A stretch of DNA of 64,000 bases, taken from Isurus oxyrinchus (Eukaryota). The position numbers and the translations under genes are program-made. Below are positions 62,153-64,000 of the stretch, in pieces. Position 1 is the first letter of the stretch, and each line of letters begins with the position of its first letter. The stretch is from the NCBI GenBank assembly GCA_026770705.1, contig JANJGN010000121.1, positions 1,302,001 to 1,366,000 of the forward strand, read 5' to 3'. The notes beneath the pieces are model-generated. The model worked only from the letters and a program-made list of their open reading frames with translations. It searched no databases and had not been told where the DNA came from.

Positions 62153-62639
62153 TGTAGCAAGAGCTAAACAACACTCAGCTTGGGCTGAGAAATGACAGGT
62201 AAAATTCATGCCACACAAGTACCAGGCAGTGATCATCTCCAACAAGAGAGAACCTATCCATCTCCCCTTGATATTCGATGAATTTACCATCGCTGAATCC
62301 CCCACGATCAACATCCTGGGGGATGTTAACCAAACCCCGAACTGGTCCGGCCATAAATACTGTGGCTACAGGAGCAGGTCAGAGGCTGGGAATTCTGTGG
62401 GGGTGAATAACTCACCACCACCTTCTCAAGGGCAATTAGGGATGGGTAAAAAATGCTGGTCTAACCAGTGACACTCACTTCCCATGAATGTCCAAATAGA
62501 AAAGCACATTCAGTGACCATTACAAATGTTGAATTAGGCACTTATAATGGGGAACGTGCTTTGAAATGCACATAGACACCAAATAGAGAGAGACGAAGCA
62601 TTGAGTTTTGTTCACAATGAAATCTTTATTTGTTTTTAG

Positions 62640-62921
62640 ATACACCACGGAATCTCTCAATTACTTCTCTTGATATGATTAATGCTTCATCGATCAATAT
62701 AATTAAGGGGAATTCTGCAGTGATAATCTGCTCTGTCGAGAGCTTCCCAGCTTCTAACCTGACGTGGCGACATCTTAAAGTCCCAATCAACAGAACAAGT
62801 TCCAACAATGAGCTGTGGTTGGTGATTCCTCACGTTACATCCAGGGACACTGGAGACTATCAGTGTGTGGCAGAGAATGAACATGGAGCAGTGGAGGGGT
62901 TCATAACCATCACTGTGGAAC
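62640..62921 (+). CDS. C2-set Ig exon (domain 4), recent duplicate of domain 3
   Basis: 282 nt, intact splice sites, near-identical to 60521-60802. Confidence 0.9.
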
Positions 62922-63700
62922 GTGAGTTAACACAAACTGCAATAACACTCTCACATACAGTCTCACAGATACACACACACACACACACATACACACACAC
63001 ACACAGACACACAGGTGCACACAAACAAGCATTCATGTGCAATCCCACATGTGCACAGGTGTGTACACCTGCATGCTCTCACACACAGAAGGAAACATAC
63101 ACAGAATCACACGTGTGCTTGCTCACACACACACAGACATGTGTGAGTTGTCTGTTCTCCCTGTGCTGCACTGGAGTGTTGCTCCAGATTCTGCTCTGAA
63201 ACACTGACGACATCAGCTGAACAAGGCCCTGTATTGGACGAGCAGCCCCCTGCACAGAGAATTGTAGGTTTATCACTCAATACCCCATTATTCTAAAGCA
63301 ATTCCTCCACTGTCAAATCCCTGTGAACATCCTGATGATGAGAAAGACACTTTCTTTTCTTCTAGCCTGACAGTGTCTCCTCTGGTGGAAGGCTGTAATT
63401 ACAGCGTGACAGTTTACATATCCACACGCAGCAAGAGCTGAATAACACTCAGCTTGGGCTGAGAAATGACAAGTAATGTTCATGCCACACAAGTACCAGG
63501 CAGTGATCATCTCCAAAAAGAGAGAATCTAACCATCTCCCCTAGATGTTCAGTGACTTTCCCATCGCTGAATCTCCCACGATCAACATCCTGGGGGACGA
63601 TAACCAAACAACTAACTGGACCGGCCATAAATACTGTGGCACCAGGAGCACGTTAGAGGCTGGGGAGTCTGTGGGGGGGAAATAACTCACCACCACCTTC

Positions 63701-63873
63701 TATAAGACTATAAGACCTTAAGACATAGGAGAAATTAGGCCTTTCGGCATATCGAGTCTGCTCCACCATTCAATCATGGTTGATAAGTTTTTCAACCCCA
63801 TTCTCCAGCCTTCTCCCCATAAACTTTGATCCCCTTACCTATCAAGAACCTATCTCCATCTTCAATACACTTC
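63701..63873 (-). mobile_element. Short CR1 3' end insertion
   Basis: Matches the tail of 61354-62152; absent at the paralogous site ~62425. Confidence 0.8.
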
Positions 63874-64000
63874 ACAAGGGCAATTAGGTGCGGGTAATAA
63901 ATGCTGGCCTAACCAGCGACACCCACTTCCCTTGAATGTACAAATAGAAAATTACATGCAGTGACCATCATTAATGTTGACATCGGAACTTATAATGGGG

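Noticed and set aside
61418-62314. 298-aa ORF as a host gene
   Set aside because: CR1 RT C-terminus fused by chance to flanking repeat sequence
58820-62921. Assigning a symbol such as MAG, CD22 or SIGLEC1
   Set aside because: Family is clear but orthology cannot be determined without phylogeny and synteny

Overview
Eukaryotic genomic DNA, most likely from a cartilaginous fish (inferred from CR1 LINEs, Deu-domain SINEs and their derived minisatellites). It holds two + strand Siglec-family (CD22/MAG/sialoadhesin-like) loci. Locus A (~0.8-18.6 kb) appears disrupted. Its leader exon is intact, but its V-set exon stops just before the sialic-acid-binding Arg and is fused to an internal Gypsy gag-protease fragment. 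I found no C2 or TM exons for it, and its cytoplasmic terminal exon (ITIM-like + ITSM) is duplicated, with one copy carrying a stop. Locus B (~21.8 kb to beyond the window end) has intact V-set (with the Arg), C2 and tandem-duplicated C2 exons. The main finding is upstream of locus B's single V exon: a ~35 kb array of 20 copies of a ~1.76 kb unit. Each copy carries a PU.1-motif promoter-like region, a non-coding exon, and an 82-nt exon encoding the signal peptide (MIGKSYFLLSLLQ, phase 1, joining the V exon in frame). Of the 20 copies, 15 have intact leaders, 4 are point-inactivated and 1 has the leader deleted. Copies also differ in an AP-1 site and in a uORF. Most ORFs in the supplied track are repeat artefacts. 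All calls were made by eye and repeat boundaries are approximate.
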